From positions 189,485 to 253,484 of the forward strand of contig JAPLLX010000004.1 of the NCBI GenBank assembly GCA_026387335.1: DNA of 64,000 nt, given 5' to 3'. Positions 22,256 through 31,002 of this stretch are shown here, one piece after another. The stretch comes from Candidatus Omnitrophota bacterium (GTDB taxonomy: Bacteria; Omnitrophota; Gorgyraeia; Gygaellales; Profunditerraquicolaceae). How positions within the stretch are numbered: position 1 is the first letter of the stretch; the number at the start of each line of letters is the position of its first letter. Both the position numbers and the translations under genes were made by a program. The notes below the pieces were generated by a model. That model was given only the letters and a program-made list of their open reading frames with translations. It did no database searches and was not told where the DNA came from.

Positions 22256-22521
22256 TAATTCTTCCCTAGAAGCTTCAAAGTCTGGCCATACTCAGAGACT
22301 GTCTTTCTTACGGCAGCCTCTATTTCCCTTTTATCTTCCGCATTCAAACTCTTGCCTAGAATAGAGTCAAAATGTTTCCTGGAAATAGCGTAATTCCTAC
22401 CTATCTTTACCGCTTTAATTTCACCGCTCTTAACCTTCTTAAAAATAGCGATCCTACTTAAACCTAAAATTTTAGCCACCTGCGGAATAGTAAGGTGCTC
22501 TCTTTGTCTACTGCCGACCAT
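22255..22521 (-). CDS. Excisionase-like HTH protein, probable antitoxin/regulator partner of Doc
   Basis: LTIPQVAKILGLSRIAIFKKVKSGEIKAVKIGR HTH pattern; C-terminus EYGQTLKLLG; GGAGGTG RBS; stop overlaps the doc start. Confidence 0.75.
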   Translation of the reverse strand: MVGSRQREHLTIPQVAKILGLSRIAIFKKVKSGEIKAVKIGRNYAISRKHFDSILGKSLNAEDKREIEAAVRKTVSEYGQTLKLLGKN

Positions 22522-22541
22522 CATTTTCACCTCCAATTAAC

Positions 22542-22574
22542 CTATGTTAACCTGTTAGCATTAAGTTAACATAG
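22542..22574. promoter_or_regulatory. Inverted-repeat operator upstream of the HTH-doc pair
   Basis: CTATGTTAAC-13 nt-GTTAACATAG. Confidence 0.55.
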
Positions 22575-22613
22575 AAATAGTTAAAATCAAGTTTTATTTA
22601 TATTGTCTTTTGG

Positions 22614-23480
22614 TTAAAACCCCTGGAACATCTTACCTTGGGTAAACTGCAGGAATATGGGCCCGCCGATAATAATGCCTATGACCGGCAGGATACAAAA
22701 AATCAAAGGAAGGAGAATTTTAATTGGAGCTTTCATGGCAAAACGCTCGCCGCGGTGAAAACGCTGCAGACGGGCATCTTCAGAAAGCGTCGCAAAAGCT
22801 TCGGCAACCGGGGTCCCCATGCGTTCAGCCTGAACCAAAGTCTGGATAAAAGAGTTCACTTCCTGAATATTTAGCCTTTTGGCCATATCTTTTAAGGCCT
22901 GGGTGCGGGATTTTCCCCACTGGATTTCTTCCAAAACAAAGGCCAACTCTTGGATCATCGGGTTAGTCGAAACTCCCTTTTTAATTAACCATTCTATTGC
23001 CGCGACAAAATCTAGCCCTGCGTCCACGCACAAACTCAATAAATCTATTGTTTCGGGAAGCACCCTGGCAATAGCATATTTACGCTGGCCTATTCTTTTG
23101 TTCAGCCATATTTCCGGCAGCAGATACCCTAAGACAAGCGCTACAACAAATCCTATTGGCCCAATCTTGCCCAAGACAAAAGGGACAAGCATAACTAACG
23201 CCGCGGTAAACAATAATTTGAAATTGATAAACTCCGTCGGAGAAAGCCTTAAATGGGCGGCAGTCAATCTCAATTTAATCTTTGCATCTAAGTTTAATTT
23301 ATCCAGAATAACCGCGGTAAAAGGAATGACGCCGGCCAGAAAACTGGTCTTAAAGCTTTTGCTCCTGGTTGTTTCCGGGGTAAAAGCCGGCTTTGCCCCG
23401 CCTACCCGAGGCATAGACCTTATCCCAATCACTATAAGTACAACCGCAGCCACTAAAAATAAGAAAATCAAAAAAAGCAT
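22614..23480 (-). CDS. tadC: Tad inner-membrane platform protein TadC
   Basis: T2SSF motifs LPETIDLLSLCVDAGL, QAERMGTP, KAPIKILLPLIFCILP. Confidence 0.88.
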   Translation of the reverse strand: MLFLIFLFLVAAVVLIVIGIRSMPRVGGAKPAFTPETTRSKSFKTSFLAGVIPFTAVILDKLNLDAKIKLRLTAAHLRLSPTEFINFKLLFTAALVMLVPFVLGKIGPIGFVVALVLGYLLPEIWLNKRIGQRKYAIARVLPETIDLLSLCVDAGLDFVAAIEWLIKKGVSTNPMIQELAFVLEEIQWGKSRTQALKDMAKRLNIQEVNSFIQTLVQAERMGTPVAEAFATLSEDARLQRFHRGERFAMKAPIKILLPLIFCILPVIGIIIGGPIFLQFTQGKMFQGF

Positions 23481-23490
23481 CTATTCTCCT

Positions 23491-24339
23491 TTAGACATCT
23501 ATTTTGCTGAATTTATAGATTAAAAATATCCCCACTGCCTGCAAACAAACTGCTGTTATTAAGAGTGTCCGGCCTAACTCCGAGTTAAACATAATATCAA
23601 AGTGATTACGGTTAAAACTTAAAACCCAGGCCACAAAGATAAACGGCAAAGCCGACATAATTATCCCCTGAAGTTTGCCCTGGAGAGTAAGGGTTTTAAT
23701 GCTTTCCTTTAATTTCCGGTTGTCCCGCAGGGTAATGGATAGATGGGCTAAAACCTTGGTTAAATCTCCGCCGGTCTCTTTAGACACAAGAATGGAATTA
23801 ATGATTAAATCCAACTCTTCCAGGTGCATCCTATCATGTAAATGCTTAAGGCTCTCTTCCAGAGGAACTCCGATTTTATTTTCTCTTAAGACCAACCCGA
23901 ATTCCTGAGAAAAAGGCGCCGGGACCTCTTCTACTACTACTTCAAGAGCCTGCATTAAAGAAAGCCCTCCTTTGAGCGAAGAAGAAAGGACCATTATCCC
24001 GTCAGGAAGCTGGTTTTGAAAACGCAAGCGGCGTTGGTTTTTTAAATTCTTGATAATTATTGAAGGAATGATAAAACTGACTAGTCCGGCAAGCAGGGAT
24101 AAACCTAAATTTCTTAAGAAAAAAAATGCCAACATACCGATAACCAGAGGCGTAACTGTATACCACAAGACCAATTTCTGGCGGTTGACCTCAATAAACA
24201 TTTTATCCAGCTGCTTCTCTGCTTCCGCTACCTTTTGAGTATGCAAGATGCTAGCCCGCTGCAGAAATGCAGGAAGAAGCTGGCTGCCGATTAATACCAT
24301 TGCGGCGGCGATTAATCCTAAAATAATCAATAGTTGCAT
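23491..24339 (-). CDS. tadB: Tad inner-membrane platform protein TadB
   Basis: FQNQLPDGIMVLSSSLKGGLSL, ETGGDL, LTLQGKLQ; start moved to MQLL behind a GGAG RBS. Confidence 0.88.
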   Translation of the reverse strand: MQLLIILGLIAAAMVLIGSQLLPAFLQRASILHTQKVAEAEKQLDKMFIEVNRQKLVLWYTVTPLVIGMLAFFFLRNLGLSLLAGLVSFIIPSIIIKNLKNQRRLRFQNQLPDGIMVLSSSLKGGLSLMQALEVVVEEVPAPFSQEFGLVLRENKIGVPLEESLKHLHDRMHLEELDLIINSILVSKETGGDLTKVLAHLSITLRDNRKLKESIKTLTLQGKLQGIIMSALPFIFVAWVLSFNRNHFDIMFNSELGRTLLITAVCLQAVGIFLIYKFSKIDV

Positions 24340-24351
24340 AAACAAATCTCC

Positions 24352-24427
24352 AGGGACGGTTCTCAAGTTAATCTTAAAGTGTCCCCTAATTAAGGGACAC
24401 TTTTGCTTTGAGTTGAGAACCGTCCCT
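24352..24427. repeat. Nested palindromic element, family A
   Basis: AGGGACGGTTCTCAA...TTGAGAACCGTCCCT enclosing AAAGTGTCCC-N8-GGGACACTTT. Confidence 0.8.
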
Positions 24428-24587
24428 ATTTACTGTATTGCCGGCCAAAACCAAAATTATCCCCGGCATCCCGCCATTTTCCGCTTAAAGAGCGCTGGAA
24501 ATAAAGCGCCATTCCGATTAATGCCGCTATGACTATCGCTATTAGAAGCGCATATTCCAGGGATAGAAAACCAGTTTTTTTATTCAT
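24426..24587 (-). CDS. Small Flp/TadE-like pilin, 53 aa (not in ORF track)
   Basis: MNKKTGFLSLEYALLIAIVIAALIGMALYFQRSLSGKWRDAGDNFGFGRQYSK; same pattern as the neighbouring pilins. Confidence 0.8.
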   Translation of the reverse strand: MNKKTGFLSLEYALLIAIVIAALIGMALYFQRSLSGKWRDAGDNFGFGRQYSK

Positions 24588-25155
24588 TATTCAAAGCGTC
24601 ATTGCGACTACGAGGTGAAACTGAAACAGGAAGTAATTTTGCTTTTAAGGTGATTGCTTCGCCGGACTTCGTCCTTCTCGCAATGACATCTGGATAACTA
24701 CCTTTCCATTGCAAGGAGGTCAATCTCTTTTTTCCCGAGTCTGAGAGGGTAAATAATAAAGTTTTATTGTGGCCTTGATAATCCGCGGCGACAATTGTCT
24801 GGTTATCAACCTTATTGTAAATACGCCAATTAACAAATGCTCTAAATTTCCCTCCTGCTCCTTGAAAACCCCGGGAAAAACTCTGAATAAATGCCTTTTT
24901 ATAACCTACCCTTTGTTTCTCGCCGGTAGACTGTTGATATTCCCGGCTGACATCTACCTGTAAGGCATTGAGGTTTTCCCAATCAATATATTTCTGGACC
25001 CCATAACGGCCATTCACTAAGTCGCTAAAGATAGCCCGGCATAGGTTGACATCCCCGGTTTTTAGCTGGAAGATAAACAAAAGGAAAACAATGATAATTC
25101 CGGCCAGAATTGTGTATTCTAAAATCGGGGTATCTTTTTTGTCTTTATTTATCAC
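24580..25155 (-). CDS. Membrane-anchored pilin-like hypothetical protein
   Basis: ILEY plus a transmembrane helix at the N-terminus; C-terminus encoded by repeat family B. Confidence 0.7.
   Translation of the reverse strand: MINKDKKDTPILEYTILAGIIIVFLLFIFQLKTGDVNLCRAIFSDLVNGRYGVQKYIDWENLNALQVDVSREYQQSTGEKQRVGYKKAFIQSFSRGFQGAGGKFRAFVNWRIYNKVDNQTIVAADYQGHNKTLLFTLSDSGKKRLTSLQWKGSYPDVIARRTKSGEAITLKAKLLPVSVSPRSRNDALNNE
24598..24687. repeat. Palindromic element, family B (GTCATTGCGA...TCGCAATGAC), in frame in a CDS
   Basis: Terminal inverted repeats; same family as 58427-58514. Confidence 0.75.
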
Positions 25156-27356
25156 TGTGTTAATCCCACTGTATCGTAACTATAATAGGCCTTGCTCTTT
25201 TTAGTAATTATACCACTAAAGAAGGGATTCCACATCCCTAAACTTACTCTTCCGGATTTTAGCTCTTTGTCTTTAGGCTCCTGCTTGGTTATCTGTACCC
25301 AACAATTACCATCATCAGTATAATCTACCATGCGTATACAAATTGTCTTTGACCATCTGCCTCCGCTTTCCGTTTTAATCGTCCTGGCTAACTGGTAAGG
25401 GCCGACTCCGACTTTTATACTGTGGTCGCCCCGGCTATCCGTCCAACTGTAAGTTGCCGGGTTCAGGCCGCCGTAACCGCTTTCTAGCGCGCTATAAGCA
25501 TTCTCCATATCCTTAACGTATTGTTTAATCGCATCCTGAAAACCGCTAATCTTGCTAATCAAACTATCAATGTCATTTAAAGCAGGGGTAACTTCATCAT
25601 CTATATTATAATCCAAGCTGCCTCCCTGAAGAGTAAAGTTCAATTTACAGGGTAGGGGGCTGATTTCCGGCCCGGAACTGACAATACAATCGTTGGCGCA
25701 GTAAGTGCTGTTGCAGGGCTGGCACGTTGGACTTTCATCTCCTATAGAGCCAAAAGTTCCTACTTTGCAGGAAGGGAGCTGGTTTCTTTTTGCTATAATT
25801 TCCGTTTTCCAATCTGAAAGGTACCCCTTTACTTCTCCTAAAGTATAATAATAATCCGTAATTGTATTGCCATCTTCGGTTTTCTTCCCGGTATCTTGAT
25901 TATAGAAAATCTTGATGTAAGTCTGCCACTGGGCGGTTAACTGGTTAATATCTATTTTTTCTATTGCTTCGCTGTCGGCGATAAAGCTTTTAAACCCGCT
26001 GACTATAGCGTCAAAAGAGCCGTCATTTTTAGGATTCCAGAAATCCGGGTTTAAGGCCCGGGCTATTCTGGCAATGGAGCCGTCCTGTGTAATATCCTTT
26101 GTGTCCCCTAACTTGGAAAGCGGACCTTGGATTTCAGTTTGAATATAATCCTCAGAATCTTTTAGGGTTCCGTTAAAAAAGGAACTGGTGATACTCTGTA
26201 AAGTAGGAATAACGCTTTTTAAATATTTCATCCGGCCGTTCCAATAATATAGAAAATGCGATACCTTGTCATCAATTTTGCCATCCCCGCTTAAATCATC
26301 GAAATCTATATCTTTGTTCGGGTCATCCACGGTCTGGGAAAAAACCTGCAATAATATGCTCTCCCGAAAATGGTCATAATCCGGCAAACCGTTTAACATC
26401 CGGACTGCCGCGGAAAAAGCTGCGGCCTGATTCTGCTCAGCAACGTAGGCATTGTAAAGATTTGAACTAGCAGATAATGTCATAGCGGCTGCTGCGCTAA
26501 GACTTGGAGCTATAGCAACACCTCCTGCTATTACGGTTGAACCTGTAGGTATGGCTGTACCTGCAGCCACTGTAGTTATCGGTACATTAGCAGGAACGAT
26601 CGTTACTCCCGCAGCTGTATAACTAGTCCCTGCTTCTAGAGTTAACTGACTATTCGCTGCCATAGTTATTTCCGATCCTCCCACAACTTCTGCTCCTCCA
26701 TTTACTGCTACTACACCTCCTTCGGAACCAGCTACTATAGTTTCCCCTCCTTCAGCTACCAGTGTTCCTTCCGCTACCTCTGTTAATTCTGCACCTTCGA
26801 GAACAATTGCACCGTCCTCCGCGGCCACCGCCGTACCAAAAGAACCATATGCAGCTCCAATTGCTGCGCCAATCATAAAACCAGTAATGGCTCCTGTTGC
26901 AATATTCCCTCCTGTTGCAGCAGCGCCAACAGCGCCTCCAACAAGACCTCCAGCAGCGCCTATAGCGGTGAACGCTGCTAATAAACCTGCAGCGGACCAA
27001 CCTACAGGATTCCAACACATAGCTACGGCAACTACAGCTAAGACTGCTCCGACAATAGCGCCTATAATACCGCCAAACCCCCCAGCGCCGCTTTGGCACT
27101 TGCAAGTAGTATTGCCTAATGATTTGTATAAACCATAAGAACGGGTGGCTAATTGCGAGGCTAAAGAAAGGCTGGCAGAATCCGCGACATTAGAAAGATT
27201 AGTGCTGGAAAGAGAAAGCTGGCCTAAATTTACCGTAGTTAAGATCATAATCAGGATAACCACAATCATTAAAATAAGCAGGGTGGAGATCTGGCCTTGG
27301 GGCTTGTCGTCTTTTAAGTTACCGAGAGAAAATTTTTTATAAAAACTATTGAGCAT
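25152..27356 (-). CDS. TadG-like large pilus-associated protein with a glycine-zipper region
   Basis: GQIST plus TM helix and LSNVADSASLSLAS (Tad N-terminal pattern); long Gly/Ala hydrophobic tract; DxDxDDxSGDGK; Cys cluster. Confidence 0.7.
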   Translation of the reverse strand: MLNSFYKKFSLGNLKDDKPQGQISTLLILMIVVILIMILTTVNLGQLSLSSTNLSNVADSASLSLASQLATRSYGLYKSLGNTTCKCQSGAGGFGGIIGAIVGAVLAVVAVAMCWNPVGWSAAGLLAAFTAIGAAGGLVGGAVGAAATGGNIATGAITGFMIGAAIGAAYGSFGTAVAAEDGAIVLEGAELTEVAEGTLVAEGGETIVAGSEGGVVAVNGGAEVVGGSEITMAANSQLTLEAGTSYTAAGVTIVPANVPITTVAAGTAIPTGSTVIAGGVAIAPSLSAAAAMTLSASSNLYNAYVAEQNQAAAFSAAVRMLNGLPDYDHFRESILLQVFSQTVDDPNKDIDFDDLSGDGKIDDKVSHFLYYWNGRMKYLKSVIPTLQSITSSFFNGTLKDSEDYIQTEIQGPLSKLGDTKDITQDGSIARIARALNPDFWNPKNDGSFDAIVSGFKSFIADSEAIEKIDINQLTAQWQTYIKIFYNQDTGKKTEDGNTITDYYYTLGEVKGYLSDWKTEIIAKRNQLPSCKVGTFGSIGDESPTCQPCNSTYCANDCIVSSGPEISPLPCKLNFTLQGGSLDYNIDDEVTPALNDIDSLISKISGFQDAIKQYVKDMENAYSALESGYGGLNPATYSWTDSRGDHSIKVGVGPYQLARTIKTESGGRWSKTICIRMVDYTDDGNCWVQITKQEPKDKELKSGRVSLGMWNPFFSGIITKKSKAYYSYDTVGLTQ

Positions 27357-27370
27357 TATTTATCCCTTAT

Positions 27371-27616
27371 TTATTGCCCGAAAATATTTAATTTCGGATA
27401 TTTGCTTTGGTCAGACTCATCTACCTGGACTTCGCTTCCGCTATTTCCGGCATTCACCCTTTGGGCTTCGTAGTCCTTTTGCCTTTGCACCAGGCTTCTA
27501 TTCATCCAGAGAAATAACTGCAATGCCCCGAATAATAAGATAAAAACCACTACTAAACTGGCAGCTAATTCCAAAGAGACTTGCGCAGCTTTACCACCCA
27601 GAGTTGCGGGAATCAA
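27371..27616 (-). CDS. TadE-like pseudopilin (start uncertain; TTG at 27616 proposed)
   Basis: KAAQVSLELAASLVVVFILLFG motif. Confidence 0.65.
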   Translation of the reverse strand: MIPATLGGKAAQVSLELAASLVVVFILLFGALQLFLWMNRSLVQRQKDYEAQRVNAGNSGSEVQVDESDQSKYPKLNIFGQ

Positions 27617-28619
27617 CTTTTTCCTGCGAAACTTCACTAACAACCTCCTCAGTATTGGTAGCGGCGCTGGTTGAACCATAAGGCTTAGTAATAATTTTTC
27701 TTTTGGTCTGCGTCTTCCAGTCAATATTATCCGTCGTGGTAATGCCTGACGCATCTTCGGTCTTTCTTAAGGTATTATCGGTTAAGGTCTTCTGTTCATA
27801 ATCCTGCTGTAACCCCATAGCTTTTAAGCCGCCAAAACTAAAGAGCTGCTCTAATGCCGGGAAATTATATGTGTGGTTTACGCTATCTGTTTCCTGATAA
27901 TTGGCGCAATACCAGGGAATGTTCATTGGTTGAGCGCAGGCGCTGCAGCTTGCTGAAGGGTCCCGGCTGCATTCTTTTACGCAGGCATCCGAATCCACAA
28001 TCATCCGGCACTGTTTAACCGCGCTGCCATAATCTACGATTTCTCCGGCGCAGGAATCAATGATACGGATATTTTTACTAGGTTGGGAGCAGATGGTGTC
28101 TTCCGGTTCTCCGGTATTAGGATTAATTGACGTATTCTCTTCTCCTAAACACTCTCCGTCACCTGTATTCCAGACATTTCCGCCGCCGTAGATCACTTGA
28201 TACCTGCCTAAGCTGCCTTCCGGGACATTAGTTTCATCCCTAAACCCGGCAGTGGTATAGGTAAATTCCTTGCCGTTGATATTTACCGTTACCCGGGGTA
28301 ATTCGCTCTCCGTATCAGCGGTTTCGCCTAATCTATAGTCGCGGGCAATGCCTCCGGCTGAGCCGGTCATCGGAGTAACCGAACCTACGCCAAAAGTATC
28401 GGAAGGATTAGGGATATGTTTATCGCTGATTACTATATTAGAAATAGAGGTGCCCGGCTGGTTTACTGCGTGGGTTAAAGACTTCCTAAATGCCTGCTGC
28501 ATCATTTTCTGCTGGTAATTATACCTTAAGCCGTAACTAATAAGAACACCTAAAAGCATAATGATTATTGCCCCAAAAATCGCTACTTCTAATAAAGATT
28601 CTCCCTCTTTTTTCATCAT
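27591..28619 (-). CDS. Minor pilin-like protein with a Cys-rich domain
   Basis: KEGESLLEVAIFGAIII prepilin-like N-terminus; several Cys pairs. Confidence 0.7.
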   Translation of the reverse strand: MMKKEGESLLEVAIFGAIIIMLLGVLISYGLRYNYQQKMMQQAFRKSLTHAVNQPGTSISNIVISDKHIPNPSDTFGVGSVTPMTGSAGGIARDYRLGETADTESELPRVTVNINGKEFTYTTAGFRDETNVPEGSLGRYQVIYGGGNVWNTGDGECLGEENTSINPNTGEPEDTICSQPSKNIRIIDSCAGEIVDYGSAVKQCRMIVDSDACVKECSRDPSASCSACAQPMNIPWYCANYQETDSVNHTYNFPALEQLFSFGGLKAMGLQQDYEQKTLTDNTLRKTEDASGITTTDNIDWKTQTKRKIITKPYGSTSAATNTEEVVSEVSQEKVDSRNSGW

Positions 28620-28927
28620 TCCTCCGGCGAGATATGCTCGGTTCCGGAACGGTGCTCTTCCTGAGAATTAATATCAGTAGTTGTTGTAGTTTTATATCTA
28701 TCGTCCACCTCAACAGTATTAGTCTGCGTAGTTATATCGCTTTTCTGCGTAATGGTAATATCTGAAACCGTATTTTTAGGTTCATAATGCTGCGCGCTTA
28801 ACTCATCCGCGCCCTGGCGCAACCTTCCCTGAAGGCCCCGGCGGATATAAACCTGCATTGCCAATAACGCGGCAATAATAGCAAATATGACTATGGCGTA
28901 TTCCAGGACACTTTGGGCTTTGCGCAT
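28616..28927 (-). CDS. Flp/TadE-like pilin
   Basis: RKAQSVLEYAIVIFAIIAALLAMQVYIRRG. Confidence 0.8.
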   Translation of the reverse strand: MRKAQSVLEYAIVIFAIIAALLAMQVYIRRGLQGRLRQGADELSAQHYEPKNTVSDITITQKSDITTQTNTVEVDDRYKTTTTTDINSQEEHRSGTEHISPEE

Positions 28928-28928
28928 T

Positions 28929-29243
28929 TTATTTCTCCCGGGTGGAAACTGAAGCCGAGCTTCCGCTGCCTGTAGTAACCGCGCTGAAATCGCTACTCTG
29001 GCCGCCGCCCTTTTCTATTCTCTTCCTCTGGGTTATCTCTGACTGCCGGCTCACCGCCGAAGAGGTCTTAATCCCTTTAAGCGGGTCTATTTCTTCAGCA
29101 TCTTTTTGGTTGCCTGCTTCATCTGCTGCTATCTTGACCACGGATTGTATCCCCCGGCGAAAATACATGGCCATACCTGCTAAAGCCAGGGCTACCAAAC
29201 CCAATACTATGGCATATTCTAAAATACTCTGGGCTTTGCGCAT
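28929..29243 (-). CDS. Flp/TadE-like pilin
   Basis: MRKAQSILEYAIVLGLVALALAGMAMYFRRG. Confidence 0.8.
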   Translation of the reverse strand: MRKAQSILEYAIVLGLVALALAGMAMYFRRGIQSVVKIAADEAGNQKDAEEIDPLKGIKTSSAVSRQSEITQRKRIEKGGGQSSDFSAVTTGSGSSASVSTREK

Positions 29244-29244
29244 T

Positions 29245-29592
29245 TTAATCCGCATCCGGCGCTGAGCCGGTCTTTTCCCATCCGCTACGGGTAGTTGTCT
29301 GGTCTATGGATGTATCCGGAAAGCCTGTAGCAGAGGACCCGCTTTTAACCTCAATAGTATCTGACTCCCGGTAATAAGGATCATATTGTTGTTTGATCTT
29401 CGTAAAATTAGGAACACCTTTATCTATAGCAGTATTTTTTATCTCGGAGATCAAATAATCTGCGCCCCCTTTATATCTAGCCTGGAGGCTGCGTTGGATA
29501 TAGATACGCACGGTCATAATTATCGCTACTACCGCAGCCAAACACAAAGCAACTTCCGTTAAACTCTGCCCCCGAGTTTTTACTCTGCGCAT
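29245..29592 (-). CDS. Flp/TadE-like pilin
   Basis: RGQSLTEVALCLAAVVAII...YIQRSLQ; QYDPYY motif. Confidence 0.8.
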   Translation of the reverse strand: MRRVKTRGQSLTEVALCLAAVVAIIMTVRIYIQRSLQARYKGGADYLISEIKNTAIDKGVPNFTKIKQQYDPYYRESDTIEVKSGSSATGFPDTSIDQTTTRSGWEKTGSAPDAD

Positions 29593-29598
29593 TTTTTA

Positions 29599-29910
29599 CT
29601 ATTTCGCTTCAGTATTCCAGGTTTCGTTTTCTGACCTGGTCACTGTTTCCCCTTGGGATACCTGGCTGGTAGTGCTTCCGGTAGAGGTATCTCGTGTCTC
29701 AGTAGTTACAGTAGTGCCGCCACCCACTGTCGTACGGGTAGAATTAAAATTTGAAGCATCAAACTGCTTGCCGATCTGGTCGCTAGACTCCCTTAGCCTT
29801 CCCTGGACCCCTCTTTTCATATAAGCATTTATTGCCAATAAGGCGCCGATTACTGCCGCGATAACCAAGGCGTATTCCAAGGTGCTTTGGGCTCTTTTTC
29901 CCCTAAACAT
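29599..29910 (-). CDS. Flp/TadE-like pilin
   Basis: KRAQSTLEYALVIAAVIGALLAINAYMKRG. Confidence 0.8.
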   Translation of the reverse strand: MFRGKRAQSTLEYALVIAAVIGALLAINAYMKRGVQGRLRESSDQIGKQFDASNFNSTRTTVGGGTTVTTETRDTSTGSTTSQVSQGETVTRSENETWNTEAK

Positions 29911-29934
29911 TGTTCACCCCCTGCTCGCTAAATT

Positions 29935-30321
29935 TTATTTACTTGGGCTTATGTCCTCTTCCGCGCCGGTGATCTGCTGGGTGCCGGTGCGCTTAATGGT
30001 TGCGCCGCTGACTTCTTTTTTACCGCCGGTGCTGGAAGCTGTTTCTGTTTCTGTCCCTTCGCTGGACTCAGTATTAAATTGATATTCGCCTTTTCTGATA
30101 TAGTATGGCTCATATTGTTTTTCCGTGCCGAATAAAGTCGCGGTTTTAGCTTCGGCCTCTGTTCCCTGCAAGGCTACAGTAGCCGCATTGTCTGAGCCGG
30201 ACTTTATCTTAGCCTGCATGGACCTGCGCATATAAATCTGCATGGCGCTGAAAACACCGATAACCACCGCGATTAAAAGCGCGTATTCCATAGTACTCTG
30301 GGCTCTTTTCCCCCTTAACAT
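29935..30321 (-). CDS. Flp/TadE-like pilin
   Basis: KRAQSTMEYALLIAVVIG; QYEPYY motif; GGAGGTG RBS. Confidence 0.8.
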   Translation of the reverse strand: MLRGKRAQSTMEYALLIAVVIGVFSAMQIYMRRSMQAKIKSGSDNAATVALQGTEAEAKTATLFGTEKQYEPYYIRKGEYQFNTESSEGTETETASSTGGKKEVSGATIKRTGTQQITGAEEDISPSK

Positions 30322-30343
30322 CTTTCACCTCCCTTAAAAACTA

Positions 30344-30520
30344 TCACTTCGCTTGGGTAAAATTACTGCTGGCGTCGGTGATCTTGGTCGCCGAAGAATC
30401 CATCACCTTTTCTACCGCCGGTTTTAATTTAGCGTAAGCGAAAACAATGATTGCCCCGACAATAGCCGCAAATACCGCGATATATTCTAATGTGCTTTGG
30501 GCCTTATTTCTCCGCGACAT
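30344..30520 (-). CDS. Flp-type pilin, 58 aa, candidate major pilin
   Basis: AAGGAGG RBS then MSRRNKAQSTLEYIAVFAAIVGAII. Confidence 0.8.
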   Translation of the reverse strand: MSRRNKAQSTLEYIAVFAAIVGAIIVFAYAKLKPAVEKVMDSSATKITDASSNFTQAK

Positions 30521-30536
30521 CTTTCTACCTCCTTGA

Positions 30537-30695
30537 TTATTTATTGGTAACAACCGGTTGAGCATTGATCTGGTCTTCAATTATTTTAAGGTTGGCCTGG
30601 GCCGAGCGCTGCACATAGATGCTCATCGCCGCCAGTGCCGCCACCACTACGGAAATAATCAATGCGTATTCTAAAATACTCTGCGCCTTTTTCAT
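30537..30695 (-). CDS. Flp-type pilin, 52 aa (not in ORF track)
   Basis: MKKAQSILEYALIISVVVAALAAMSIYVQRSAQANLKIIEDQINAQPVVTNK. Confidence 0.8.
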   Translation of the reverse strand: MKKAQSILEYALIISVVVAALAAMSIYVQRSAQANLKIIEDQINAQPVVTNK

Positions 30696-30711
30696 CTCTA
30701 TACCTTCTCGC

Positions 30712-30885
30712 TTATTTAGTTATCTGCGTCGCTGCTTTCTGGAAAAGGCCTTCTTTTTCACTTGAGCCCTGGATCGCCTCTTTAACCTTAGGCAAAAAAG
30801 TGCTGAAAGATAAAATCGTTAAACACGCTATTATGGCGAATAAAATGAAGTATTCTACCGCAGCCTGCCCCGTAGCCATACGCAT
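30712..30885 (-). CDS. Flp-type pilin, 57 aa (not in ORF track)
   Basis: GGAGG RBS; MRMATGQAAVEYFILFAIIACLTILSFSTFLPKVKEAIQG... Confidence 0.8.
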   Translation of the reverse strand: MRMATGQAAVEYFILFAIIACLTILSFSTFLPKVKEAIQGSSEKEGLFQKAATQITK

Positions 30886-30943
30886 CCTGATACCTCCATA
30901 TCAGGGTTAACCCCTGCCGTCATTATTTAAGCGTTATATTTAA

Positions 30944-30972
30944 ATAATATCACCTTGCCCAACAAGCGTCAA
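30944..30972 (-). promoter_or_regulatory. Sigma70 promoter of the pilin array
   Basis: TTGACG-17 nt-TATTAT. Confidence 0.6.
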
Positions 30973-31002
30973 GACTATTAAAACCTGCACGGAAAACGCT
31001 TT

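Noticed and set aside
26752-27105. Arg/Cys/Trp-rich 117-aa ORF
   Set aside because: Off-frame reading of the Gly/Ala codons in the TadG-like gene; no RBS seen.
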